Of a stretch of 64,000 nucleotides of DNA, positions 1 through 11,015 are shown in pieces; position 1 is the first letter of the stretch, and each line of letters begins with the position of its first letter. Source of the stretch: Lama glama (lineage: Eukaryota); the NCBI GenBank assembly GCA_028534125.1, contig CM052818.1, positions 27,902,001 to 27,966,000 of the forward strand, read 5' to 3'. A program made the translations under genes and the position numbers. The notes under the pieces are model-generated. The model did no database searches. It was not told the origin of the DNA and was given only the letters and a program-made list of their open reading frames with translations.

Positions 1-19
1 TCTTAATTATGGGTAATAA

Positions 20-1090
20 GTCCATATATACAATTGGACAAGTACCATTTCACTGTTATTTAGTAGTTCTGCCTGATATTAATCCTGAAGTCTTCCATAG
101 ACATGTAGAATAGCTAACAATTAAAAAACTTGTTTTTCATTTATTTAGGTATTATTTAATACCTAAAAAAATTTATAGCGTTCTCTTGGAAATTTTGCAT
201 TCTTTTGTTAGATTTATTCTACAGTACTTAATATTCCCTCATGATATTTTAAATGAGGTATGTAATTATTTTTCTAGTAGTTTGTTGACTGTCAAATGTA
301 AGTGACTTTGTATATATAATAATTTCATATCCAATTATTTTGCTAAGCTCTCCTATTATTATTTCAATAATTTGTAGATTCTTTTCTACCTTGAAAATTG
401 AGTTTATTCTTATCCTGTTATGTTGTCTTGGATCTCCAATAAAATATGATAATGTACACTTCTCTTTTATTCCTGATTTGAAAGGAAATAGTTCTAATAT
501 TTAGAGCCATTTGCTGTGTTTATGTTAATATTTCCCACTAAGAATATTTTTTTTACGTAAAAGAGTGTTGAGTGTTTTGAAATGATTTTACTGCATCTAC
601 TGTGCTGATCATATATTTTTGTGTCTTTTAACCAGGTAATGTGCTAAATTAAAATTTTTTCTAATATTATAATTTTATCATTTACTTTATAAAATGTATT
701 GAGATTCTCTTTCTACCTCAATGGTCAATTTATATCCTTCAGCTCATGGTAAGTAGGTATATTCTCTATTTTCAGAAGATTAATTCTTATTATAAACCAG
801 TGATGTTAATTATAATTTTTAGGTCTTCTCTATCGTTACTTTTTTTTCCTTCACATGTCTTGTGATAGAGCTGGAAGACAAATTAAAAAATTTATACTTT
901 AAGAGTTTTCTTTCCGTATTTCCTGTAGTCTTAGTTTTCTTTACTTTGATGCTATCTATATTTGCTACGGAAAGATTAATTTTCACTGTGGCGTGTATTT
1001 TTATATTCATGAAATGTCTGTCACATTTATTTTGCTTGGACACAATTTAACCTAATTTGATGGTAACTTTGTGATCATTATAAATACTCT
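20..1090 (-). mobile_element. Old L1M (L1ME-like) fragments, ORF2-region remnant, antisense
   Basis: T-rich degenerate L1 antisense phrases, e.g. 'tcctgatttgaaaggaaatagttctaatatt' and 'aaatgattttactgcatctactgtgctgatcatatattttt'. Recognised from memory of L1 consensus; boundaries approximate. Confidence 0.6.
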
Positions 1091-1151
1091 CTAATAAACA
1101 CACTAATGCATTTAGAAGACTTTCCAGTGGGAAAAGTGAGAATGGAAATTA

Positions 1152-1390
1152 TATAGTATGTAAAGCAGTAAATAGAAGTAAGAAATTAAAGTCTGGAATC
1201 AGTAATTTTCATTAGAATCCCTATTTTGTCAGTTATTGGCAATGGGGTTTTCATGGAAATAAAACTTCTCTAAGTCTTAACATCTTTATTTTAAAATTGT
1301 AATAAAATGTATAACTGATAAGTTGATGTGATGATTGAACTTGTTAAACTATCTAAATCATAGTGCTTGTATACAATATGATTACTATTA
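1152..1390 (+). mobile_element. MIR SINE (degenerate)
   Basis: MIR-like layout: 'aagtctggaatcag...aacttctctaagtcttaacatctttattttaaaattgtaataa...gttgatgtgatgattgaa', ending in 'tattatt'. Confidence 0.55.
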
Positions 1391-2052
1391 TTATGAACTT
1401 TTTAAGAAAAAATCTTGGCCTTCAGATAGAGTCAGTTTTAGAAGGCAGACAGAAAAGAGATATTCCAGGAAGAGAAAATGGTGTGGACAAGGATTTTAAT
1501 TTGTAAAACACATTTAAGTTAACCTCCTGAGAAAAGTCTATATTAAGGATAGGCGGAAATAGAAAATATAAATGAGTCAGAAACTGTTGAATGATAAGCT
1601 GAGGATTGTTTTTTATTTTGTTATAGTTATTAAAAAAATATTGACCTTCAAAATGGTTCACTTGAATTATGGGATAGAAACATGGTGATGGAAAATATTT
1701 GTCTTTTGCTATACTTTTATGTCTTGACCATATTTCTTGCCAGGAATTTGATAAATATTTTATGACATGCTGCTTTTAGCTGTGCATTTGTTTTATCTTT
1801 TCTGTGTATCTGGCTGCAGGAAAGGCATAATCTTTTAGTGCCAAGTCATAGATAAACTCTGTTTACTGACCTGAAGCTAGAAATTGACCTTGTGGGATCA
1901 ATTATTAGCTGTCTAAAGAAAGATGCATTTGAGGTAAGCTGGACAATGGATTAAAAGATTTAAAAATATTGACTAGTCAGTCCAGTTTTAAAAAGAAAAA
2001 AAAATACATTCTCAGGAGATATTTTTAAAATCTGAGACCAAGTATTATTATA

Positions 2053-2347
2053 TGTTATTGAATATTTAATGTAATTCATTGAATACTGTACTAAAAGTGA
2101 AAAACAGAATAGTTGTCTGGGTACAGAATAGTTTTAAGTGTATTATTGGTTGTTTACCCTTGTGAGTGTGTGACTGACTGGGAGCTGTGGCTCACTGCTG
2201 TTCCCAGCATCACAAGAGAGTGCTGGATTGCATATCACTAGCCTGGGAAGAGTTAAAATTCAAAATCTGAAGTACAATTTCTATTGAATGTGTATCACTT
2301 TTTCACCATTGTAAAGTCAAAAAATCTTTAGGTCGAGGGCCGCCTAT
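2053..2347 (+). mobile_element. TcMar-Tigger MER47/Tigger5-like DNA transposon, 3' part
   Basis: 'ttgaatactgtactaaaagtgaaaaacagaatagttgt...gactgactgggagctgtggctcactgctg...tgaagtacaatttctattgaatgtgtatcactttttcaccattgtaaagtcaaaaaatc' closely follows the MER47 consensus as recalled. Ends next to a TA-rich run. Confidence 0.8.
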
Positions 2348-2387
2348 GTATGTATATGTATAAGAATGTGTATATCTATATGTATAT

Positions 2388-2391
<4 letters not shown>

Positions 2392-2445
<54 letters not shown>

Positions 2446-2449
2446 TACA
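2392..2449. repeat. (TA)n(CA)n compound microsatellite
   Basis: Directly visible perfect TA run followed by a CA run. Confidence 0.95.
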
Positions 2450-3384
2450 GCTCTATTAGCTGAAACAACCATGCCTCACAGTAAAATCTTTTTAGCATTG
2501 AAGTCTAATTCTTCTACTGTTGATTTTGTTAGTGCTTGTTAAATGATGATGTTGGCAAAACTTTCTATCCACTGGTGTGCAATAATACATGTGATGTTAA
2601 CACAAGAATTAATAGTATAGTGGAAAAATTGAAGCATGAAAATAATACTTTTTATTGAAATAGCCATGATGTGTACTAGGCAATGTTAACTGACACTCTG
2701 ACAACGGCCAGTCCCTCAGCGATTAATCTTCTGTTGTCAGATTTGCAGGCTTTCTTTCCAACGGGCCACTAGATTTCTCTCACATGCTTTCCTTGTCTCT
2801 TTGTCTGTTTGTTAGGAATCACACTGTTTATTTTATACATGACAGCACTTTAACATATACAATGGCAAAGTGATAAAAAAGTTTACATGATTTTAGGTGA
2901 ATTTCATCAGAATTATGTCCAGAAATTCTCATGTCTTTCTAGTACCATATCTCAGACAATTTAAAACTGTAACACATGTTTTACAGGAAGATACAAATTT
3001 CTTAAAAATAGGCTTTTTCAAAGATGTATAAACTAAGCTCCATAATATCATGAGTTGACAGTCACACAATTAAACACAAACTTACCTGCCTGATGTCAAT
3101 AGGAAAGAGGAAAAGTTTTTAGGGGACAACAATTACAAAAGTAAAAAGGTTTGTACTTTTAACTCAACAGTTACATGTATAGACGTTCATCTATAAACAT
3201 GTATACAAATATTCATATATAGTGATATAGATATAGACATGCATGCTTATTGTTGCCTTGTAGCAAAACTCCAATTGTTGGATTGTATATTAAACATTAT
3301 ATGTTTTTAAATATATACAGATATAGATATATGGACACTGGTATATTCATTGCAATATTTCCTGTATTGTATTTGCATCACTAT

Positions 3385-3760
3385 CCCATTATTGGTATCT
3401 TATGATAGATGTAGGTCAGGTGGCAGTAGTGACATGATGTCTCTTCCTGAACACATGCAAACCTCAAAGTACAACATCAGAACTTGCAAAACGGGTGTCA
3501 GTGGCCTGGAAGAATTCAGAACTGGTTATTATCTGAAAAACAGAATAATTATGAAGAGTGGTTGGAGGAGGTAAGAAATCGAACATCTTTCGTAATATTC
3601 CTGAAACAAAAGTTTAAAAATATACTATTTATACACAATTGCAAAGCCAGCTTAAGAGCCCAGAACCAATGTTTTTTATTTATTTTGGAGTTTCTTTAAG
3701 GAATACTTCGTCACCAATGTTCTTGATGGCACAGAGCATAGTATTACATGGAAAAATCTG
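3385..3760 (+). mobile_element. TcMar-Tc2 Kanga/MER104-like fragments (interrupted)
   Basis: 'ggtcaggtggcagtagtgacatgatgtc', 'catcagaacttgcaaaacgggtgtcagtggcctggaaga' and 'tcaccaatgttcttgatggcacagagcatagtattacatggaaaaat' resemble Kanga consensus segments. Confidence 0.55.
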
Positions 3761-4287
3761 TATGTGGCATATTTTACTGAGGCAAATTTTGTTAATCAGA
3801 GCATGGCTGCAGTGAGCAGAAGAGATGTCATATCTTGTCATTTTCCCGTTGCAACTACTTATGAGTTTAGTGTAGCAAAATCATTTTACTGGTTGGGAAT
3901 TTATCATGCAATGGTCAACTTCAGGTAATTTTCTCTGGAGCTCTCACAGGAGGCTGAGTTTTCTCTTACGGAAGTGGATAATTAAGTTCCTTTGTTTCTT
4001 GTTTAATTGTAAACTCATCACTCAATACGTATAGATTTCTTCCAGTAACACTTTAGACAGTGAGGCCTTTGTCATTAACAATATTTGCGTGAGTGTTACT
4101 TTCTGGATCTAAGGCTGTAAACTGATACGCTGTCACCCACTCTGCAGCTCTATAACCTGCTGATGAGCTGTTCTTTGAAATGAACCAGTATTTTTCACTA
4201 TTAGCTGTTCAGCTTTGTAGTAGTTTCTGTTACATTTTCTTGCAGGTAAACAGGGCCATCTGTCTGAATTAAATCTGATTTACCTGT

Positions 4288-4405
4288 GGTACCGATCCTA
4301 AGGCACTCATTTTTATTTTTGTGCTTTCATCTCTCTGAAACTGAGATGTATCTCACATCGATGATGCCTTACAATTGTTGTCAAGGAGGAGGAAGTTGTG
4401 GTCAA
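4288..4405 (+). mobile_element. MER104/Kanga-like 5' terminal fragment
   Basis: 'gatcctaaggcactcatttt...tctctgaaactgagatgtatctcacatcgatgatgccttacaattgttgtca' resembles the MER104 start. Confidence 0.5.
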
Positions 4406-4539
4406 AGTATTTGAAAATCTTCTAATGAGACAAGTGCAAGGAAGCACCAAGCCATTTTAGACTATGTGAAATATAATCCTTAAATTCTTATCAAACTCCT
4501 ACATGCACATGGGTTATGAATGAAATCAGATAACAGATT

Positions 4540-6950
4540 ATATTATGAAAAAACGTTGTTTTTGGATTTATAGCTATGTCTTTAGGAAACTCTTCACTGT
4601 TTGCTGTTTCTTGATTTATGAACGGATTAAATTATCTGTATACTCCCTGCTATGAATGAGAATTTTGTTTAGACTCTCATCCTCTTTTCAATTTACTTCC
4701 CGAGCTTTCCTCCCACCTCAACTCCTAGTTTCTGTCATTTGTACTTCAGCTTTTACATTGTCAAGGTTGATTGCATTTACATTCTATTCCCTAACTGTAA
4801 TTAAGACATCAAATCCTTAACTCTAGTTTGATTCTCCCTCTTCTCCCCCAAAACACCAGTTAAATGTGTTTACATGATGATGGCAGTGTAAATATTATTC
4901 CCTGCAAATCCTTAGTAGAATATTACTATTATATTTCATTTTCCTTTTCCACTAGTAAGATTTTTGTGCCATTTAAAGAATATTAGTATCAGTTATTTTT
5001 CCTTGTACTTCGCCAGTGTTACTCCATACCATGCCAAATCAAACTTTGCCTTTCATGCACAGTGTTAATTTTCGTTGAAAATTTTGTTAGAGTTTCTGAA
5101 TGCCATCCTTTATTCTTGGAAGAAATATGGCTCCTTCCTCACATCCCTGATAGCTTCCAGCCTCTTACTCATTCAAAGTTTGCTTCATTCCGTCCATTCT
5201 TCTTGAAGGTCCCTGTTTCAATTTGGTCCATTTTCTCTATACCATGATTTTTTTGCCCAACATTTAAAATTGTTTTCTTGAAATGTCTGGCAGTCTTTCT
5301 TATTCTTTGTTATTATTTTTCACTTGCATTATATGCCTTTATCATAACCTGAAGTTGTTACAAACTACTAACCATTACATTTTGTCTATAAAATCTTTTT
5401 CATCCCATCTGTCCCCCAGCACCGCCATTTTTTTCCTGGAGACTTCTCTTTGAAATTCTGCTCTTTCCCTTCTCTGAATTATATGTTATTAAGTCTTTTC
5501 CAAAGTTGTAACTTCCTTTCACCTATTTCTGAACTGTATGTCCTTGTTTATTATAATGCATCTACAAGTAATTTTGCAAGAGAAGATATATTGGCAGTTA
5601 ACTTCCTGATTTCTTCATGTTTAAAAAAAACTACATTCACCTTTAACTGATGGCGAGGGTGAGTATAAAACTGAAAGAATTTTTTCATGAATCTTTAAAC
5701 ATTTGTCCTCATTACTTTCTAGCAAACAATACTGCTGTTGAGAAGTGTGCTGCCAGTTTGATCCTTCTATTTTTTGGGTAGGTGACCTTTTTTCTTCCTT
5801 TCTCTAGGTTTTAGTACCTTGTATTTATTCTTTGGGTTTAGAAATTTTACAGAGATTTTTAAGTGTGTTGATTTTTTTTAAAGATACTACTTACTATGGG
5901 TAATTTTAATGAGAAGATTCCTATTTTCCTTTAACTGAGTCATATTTCCTATTATTGTTATTATTTTAAAAATATAATTCTTTATATTATCTATTTTTAG
6001 AATTCCAAGTATCAATTACTGAACCCATTGGATTACATTTTCTTTAATATTTTTATGTATTTTTTGTTCTGCATTCTTAGATATTTTTCTTTGACTTGAT
6101 CATTGAACAAGTCCTATGAACATTATTTTTGTAATTATAATCTTGAGTTACTCAGAGCCCTTTCTTATTTTCTGTTTGCTCTTTTCCTGTTACTTTATGA
6201 GTGCATTAATTATGCAATTTTAAAAAACGCTAATATTTTAAAAGTTGTTTTCAACCAAAATATTTTGTACATATTTTCTTCCTTTTTCATCTGTTATCTC
6301 TCACTCTTTACACTTTGAATGTGCTCTGCCATGCTCAGGATTTAAACAAATGCGGTTCGTTTTTTCTATTCATACATAGGGAAGAGTCAGTAACCCCGAG
6401 ATTTATGAATATGGATCCTTGTTGAATGGCCGATTTGAGATATAGGCTACTTGGGTGACTCCACCAATATCTTGAATAGCAAAGCCTATATTACCTGTCC
6501 TAATTCTCCCCCAGATAGCTCTTCAATTTGTTTAGGGAAGAATGTTTTTCCCTTTTTTAACCTGCAGTGCAAACAGCAATCTGTAATTTGGTTTTTCCTG
6601 GTGGTAGAGGGAAAGTAAAAGCTCCATTGAGGACTGTCAATTAATCATCCTGTTTTTCACACCACTTTTCCCTCTCATTTCCCTCTCATTCTCATGGATT
6701 TCCAACTTTCAGATCTTTCCAAGGTATGGCTAGCAAGGTCTGCACATGCCTTGGCTGTTGTCCTCTCTGTGGGTGTCCTGGAAAGTCACTTTTCCACTCT
6801 GTTTTTTGATCAGTATTGATTTACTTTTTAAAATTGCAGTAAAAAGTTTGAAATCTCTTGTCCCAGCTGGCCCTCTTACATTTTCCTCATTACGCTGAGC
6901 TTATGCCTCTCTATTCCTTTCTATCATTGCACTAAGTCCTAAGAAGGTAA
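4540..6950 (-). mobile_element. Highly diverged L1M 5'/ORF1-region remnant, antisense
   Basis: 'cattactttctagcaaacaatactgctgttgagaagtgtgctgccagtttgatcctt' and 'ggcagttaacttcctgatttcttcatgttta' are typical antisense old-L1 ORF1 motifs. Confidence 0.6.
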
Positions 6951-7119
6951 AAGCTAATACCATCTTGAATCACAGTACCAATGTTATAATTAAAAATACC
7001 TCAATTGATTACATAAAACATGTAACATATGTTATTAAATCAGCTTTATTTTCTTTAATCCATATAATATCAAGTAAGAGGTAGAAATAAAACCAAAGAC
7101 AGTCAAGAATTGTGGGTAA

Positions 7120-7330
7120 GGATATAGAGGACCTGGAGGTGATTTCTTTAGTAATGTGGAAATATATTTCACCTCTCAAAATTGTGTTTTACCACCTGTC
7201 AGTGAGATAAATAATAGAATTTACCTCATAGGGTTCTTGTAAAATACAAATTAAATTATAAACATAAAGAACTCAGTATTGGATTTTGTGCATGCTATGC
7301 ATGCAGTAAATGGTAGCTATTAGTCTTACT
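7120..7330 (+). mobile_element. MIR SINE
   Basis: Core 'ataatagaatttacctcatagggttcttgtaaaat' and tail 'cagtaaatggtagctatta'. Confidence 0.65.
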
Positions 7331-8379
7331 AATATTATTAGTAAAGAAAAAAACAGAAAAAATGCCGCCTTATCTAGTTTATCACTTTTAGTTTTGCATA
7401 CTTGCTTTAAGAGCTTGCCTAAATACAAAACAACTTTTTTCAGAGTTTATTCTATTATTAAACATATGTTGAACGATTCAGATTTTAAAAAGAGGTTAAG
7501 TGTGCATCATTGGGAGCTGTGTTACTAATGAGAAAATAAACCTACAGGCCTATACTCCAGTTTGTGGGAGAAGTACTGTTATATGTATATGTATATGTAT
7601 GTACACACACACACACAAACACAATGCTGTGGCAGAACAGATAAGGAGATAGATAACTGTCTCTAAAGGAGAGACCAGGTGAAAAGGTTTCAGCTTAGCA
7701 GTTACTGACTGGCTAGTCAGTAAGCAGGGTAGAGACACTCAAACAGAGAGAAAAGTGTGGTAAATTCATCAAATGTTAAAAATTTATTAATAAACTTATT
7801 CGGGGCATTTTGAGTTTAAATGGTATTAAAGGAAGAAGCTTAAGATGGCTAGAATAGAACTGAGGTGTTAACAATGGTCTGTCTCATTACTATACTTTCA
7901 AGTGAAGCTTGAAAGATTCAAAGGGGGAATATTCTTTTACACGAAGAGACATTAGTATTGATAACATCACCAATTTGCCAATGTTTACATCTTCCTTTAG
8001 TATCTGTTACTTTCTAAGCTTTCTCCTCTATGATCTTCTCTTTATTTCCTTTGTTATCCCTTGGACATTATTGCATATTACTAATCAGCCAGACCCACAG
8101 GGGAAAGCCTGTTTCTGATCCCTATACTAGACCAGCTGTCTAGAAGTAAAGACCATCATCTCATTCTATTCACATTCTTCAAATATAGTCAGCAGTTCTG
8201 TAACCTGACAGGCAAATGGTTTGGCAAAAAGTCAGATCCTGACACTAACCTTGTTAGGTGACATGAGTATGCACAAAAAAGTAAAATAACTCCATTCCCA
8301 ACTGGCTCTTGGGCATCCATATACATTGCAACAAATTGTTGTCATGTTGGCACTGCTGCTATGTCTAAACCTGTCATAG

Positions 8380-9240
8380 CACTGAAGAATTGGCAGCCTT
8401 GATTGTCTTTGAAGTCTTCGCTTCAAACAAAAAAAAAAAATTAGAGTCAGTAATCCCTGTCTTAGTCTGGTCCAAAACAAAAACAAAGTTAAGTGGACTT
8501 CAAAGGAAAAAGCCAACTGTCCATCCATTGGAAAAAGAGATAGAAGAGAGCAATCATGTGGCATATATAAGAGTGAGGATGAGAGTTTAAAATGTCCAAA
8601 TCAATTCAGCTCACTTAATCAGCCATGGGTGAAAAAAAAGAATCATTAAATTTAGTCAACTGTAATAATTTGGATCAAAGGCTGAAAATGACTAAACAGA
8701 TCTTTTAGCCTGCTCTCAGAGTCAGCTGATCACTGATCTGAACAACAGTAAAGTCTATCAAAAAGTATTGCCAAGATTCAAATATCTTAGAATATATGAA
8801 ATAGAAAAAACTTAACCTGTAGAGGTTTTCTGTATCAGGGCTGTTGAGGAGGTCCGGGCAGTTGGGAGCTAGAGGAAGTCTGCTACTCTAACCAGTTTGC
8901 AAATGCACCAGAAATAACCATGTTCCTCTTCAGAGTATTTGCCTGCTTCTGTTGTCCTTCTTCCAGAAAGCTTTCTGTTTCTCTCTATTCTCAGTTGATG
9001 GGAATATTTCATTTAAATTAAAAAACAAAATACAGGTGGCTTATCAGCAACTCATGCTGACTGATGGAGGTGTTTAAGATGATATCAGACAAATTGATAT
9101 GAAGCCTAATCTATTAACTGTTTTAGTTAATGATCAGGGAGAGAGTAAAAGTGTTATACATTTCTCAGTGTTACTAAATTGTATGCTGTTAAACCACAAA
9201 AGAAGATAAAAAATAATAAAAGTAGATATAGACAAATGAT
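8380..9240 (+). mobile_element. Probable ancient CR1/L3 LINE reverse-transcriptase remnant
   Basis: Degenerate translations in the expected order: EELAALIVFE (~KELADVIAEPLSIIFE), 'cagccatggg' (~SQHGF), LNNSKVYQKV (~LDFSKAFDKV), PNLLTVLVNDQGESKSVIHFSV/TKL (~PVLFNIFINDLDE...IKFADDTKL). By-eye alignment only. Confidence 0.45.
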
Positions 9241-9256
9241 AAAAATGTAAGAGAAA

Positions 9257-10009
9257 ATTTTTAATTGAAGTATGGTTTATTTACAAGGTTGTGTTAGTTT
9301 CTGGTGTACAGCATAGTGATTCAGCTATATGTATATATTCTTTTTCATTATAGGTTATTACAAGTTATTGAGTATATTTCTCTGTGCTATATAGTAGGAC
9401 CTTGCTGTTTAGCTATTCTGTATCTGCTAATTTGTATTTAGCTAATTTCTATCTGCTAATTCTGCTCATCCCAAACTACCAATTTATTCCTCCCCAATTC
9501 CTTTCCCCTTTGGTACCCATAAGTTTGTTTTCTGTCTGTGATTCTGTTTCTGTGTTGTAAATAAATTCATTTGTGTTGTCTTTTAGATTCTACATATAAG
9601 CGATATCATATGATATTTGTCTTTCTCTGACTTACTTCACTTAGTATGATAATCTCTAGGTCCATCCATATTGCTGCAAATAGCATTATTTTATTCTTTT
9701 TTATAGCTAAGTAGTATTCCATTGCATATATATATATACATATATACATACATACACACACATACACCACAACTTCTTAGTCCAGTCATCTATCGATGGA
9801 CATATTTAGGGTTGCTTCCGTGTCTTGGCTATTGTAAATAGTGCTGCTGTGAACATTGAGGTGTATGTACCTTTTGAATTGTAGTTTTCTCTGGATACTA
9901 CCCAAGAGTGGGATTGCTGGATCATATAGTAACTCTATTTTTAGTTTTTTAAGGAATCTTCTTACTGTTTTCCATGGGGCTGTACCAGATTACATTCCCA
10001 CCACCAGTA
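9257..10009 (-). mobile_element. Younger cetartiodactyl-type L1, 5'-truncated 3' end
   Basis: Canonical antisense L1 3' end 'ttttaattgaagtatggtttatttacaaggttgtgttagtttctggtgtacagcatagtgattcag' through 'cccaagagtgggattgctggatcatatagtaactctattttt...tacattcccaccaccag'. Confidence 0.92.
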
Positions 10010-10479
10010 TTGAAGAAAAACTCACAAATGATTGCCCTGTTAAAATACTGATTCTAAAATTCTGCAATAGCCCTTTGTTTTATAAAATGGTAGTGTGATA
10101 GCAGAAGTCAATAATTAAGTAAGATTCTAAGAAAAAAATTGCATAATTTGTATTTGTTATTTGAACTTCTGTCACTCTATGTTGTTTCATGTGGCCATTT
10201 ACATACCTTTAATATTAATTAAATTAATCCTATTGTTGAATTAATCCTATTGTTTCAGTGATTTTTTTTTTTGTGACACTTTACAGTTCTGGAAGAGTTC
10301 ATGTAGTTTTCTAAAATGTATTTTAAGTTCAAATGTGAATCAAACTCACTGGAATAGGTTATTACATATGTTTAAAAATAATGTCAATTTGGCTCTAAAA
10401 ATAATTTGTTTGGAAACTAATTTTACTTTTTTATGTGAGGTGACTTGAAAACAGGAAGCTATTGGCAAATTAAACATTT

Positions 10480-11015
10480 CATTATGTTGAACAATGTGTG
10501 GTTGAATAGTTTGAAAAAGACCTACCAGCAAATTGGGTTCAGATATCAAGGTTGGGGGCTTGTGTACTCTGATGGACAACTTACGTTCAGAAGCATTTTG
10601 GAGTAGAAGAATGGAAAATTTGGCTTTCCAATCTGTTAGTACAAACTTAGAAACTGAAACGGTCAGTTTTCTTTGAGAGAAGTTCTGGAGGAGCAAAGTT
10701 CCCTTGTGAAGCATAATCTGTAAGGGAAAAGAAGACAGTTTGTTCTGAAGTATGAAGTGATTTGGAAGGCTTTGGCAAAAAATACAAGAAAAGAAATAAG
10801 CAAGAGGCATAGCCAATGTTCAATATCAAATTTAGGTATGCTGGGCTATAGATTGTTTGTGAATGCAGAGAGAATAAAAAGTAAAAGCATTTAAGGGAAC
10901 AAAATGTAACCAGTGAATAAAGATATTGTGAGAATGGTACAACAGAATAACAAGATTTTCTGTAAGGAAAAATAACTGTACTAAAACAGTGGAGCTGAGT
11001 TACATATTATCAGTC
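10480..11015 (+). mobile_element. Probable CR1/L3 remnant spanning ORF1 end and ORF2 endonuclease start
   Basis: 10484-10606 reads MLNNVWLNSLKKTYQQIGFRYQGWGLVYSDGQL (~CR1 ORF1 esterase C-terminus NxWLRRWCQQEGFGFLDHG). Then LFVNAERIKSK at 10853 (~LYTNARSMGNK) and SGAELHI at 10988 (~GGVALYV), collinear. Confidence 0.45.

Noticed and set aside
3520..3570. 51-nt open segment NWLLSEKQNNYEEWLEE ending at GAG|gtaaga
   Set aside because: Acceptor has no pyrimidine tract and the segment sits between Kanga transposon fragments.
3765..4130. Possible old LTR between the Kanga fragments
   Set aside because: Only a vague resemblance; termini and family could not be established by eye.
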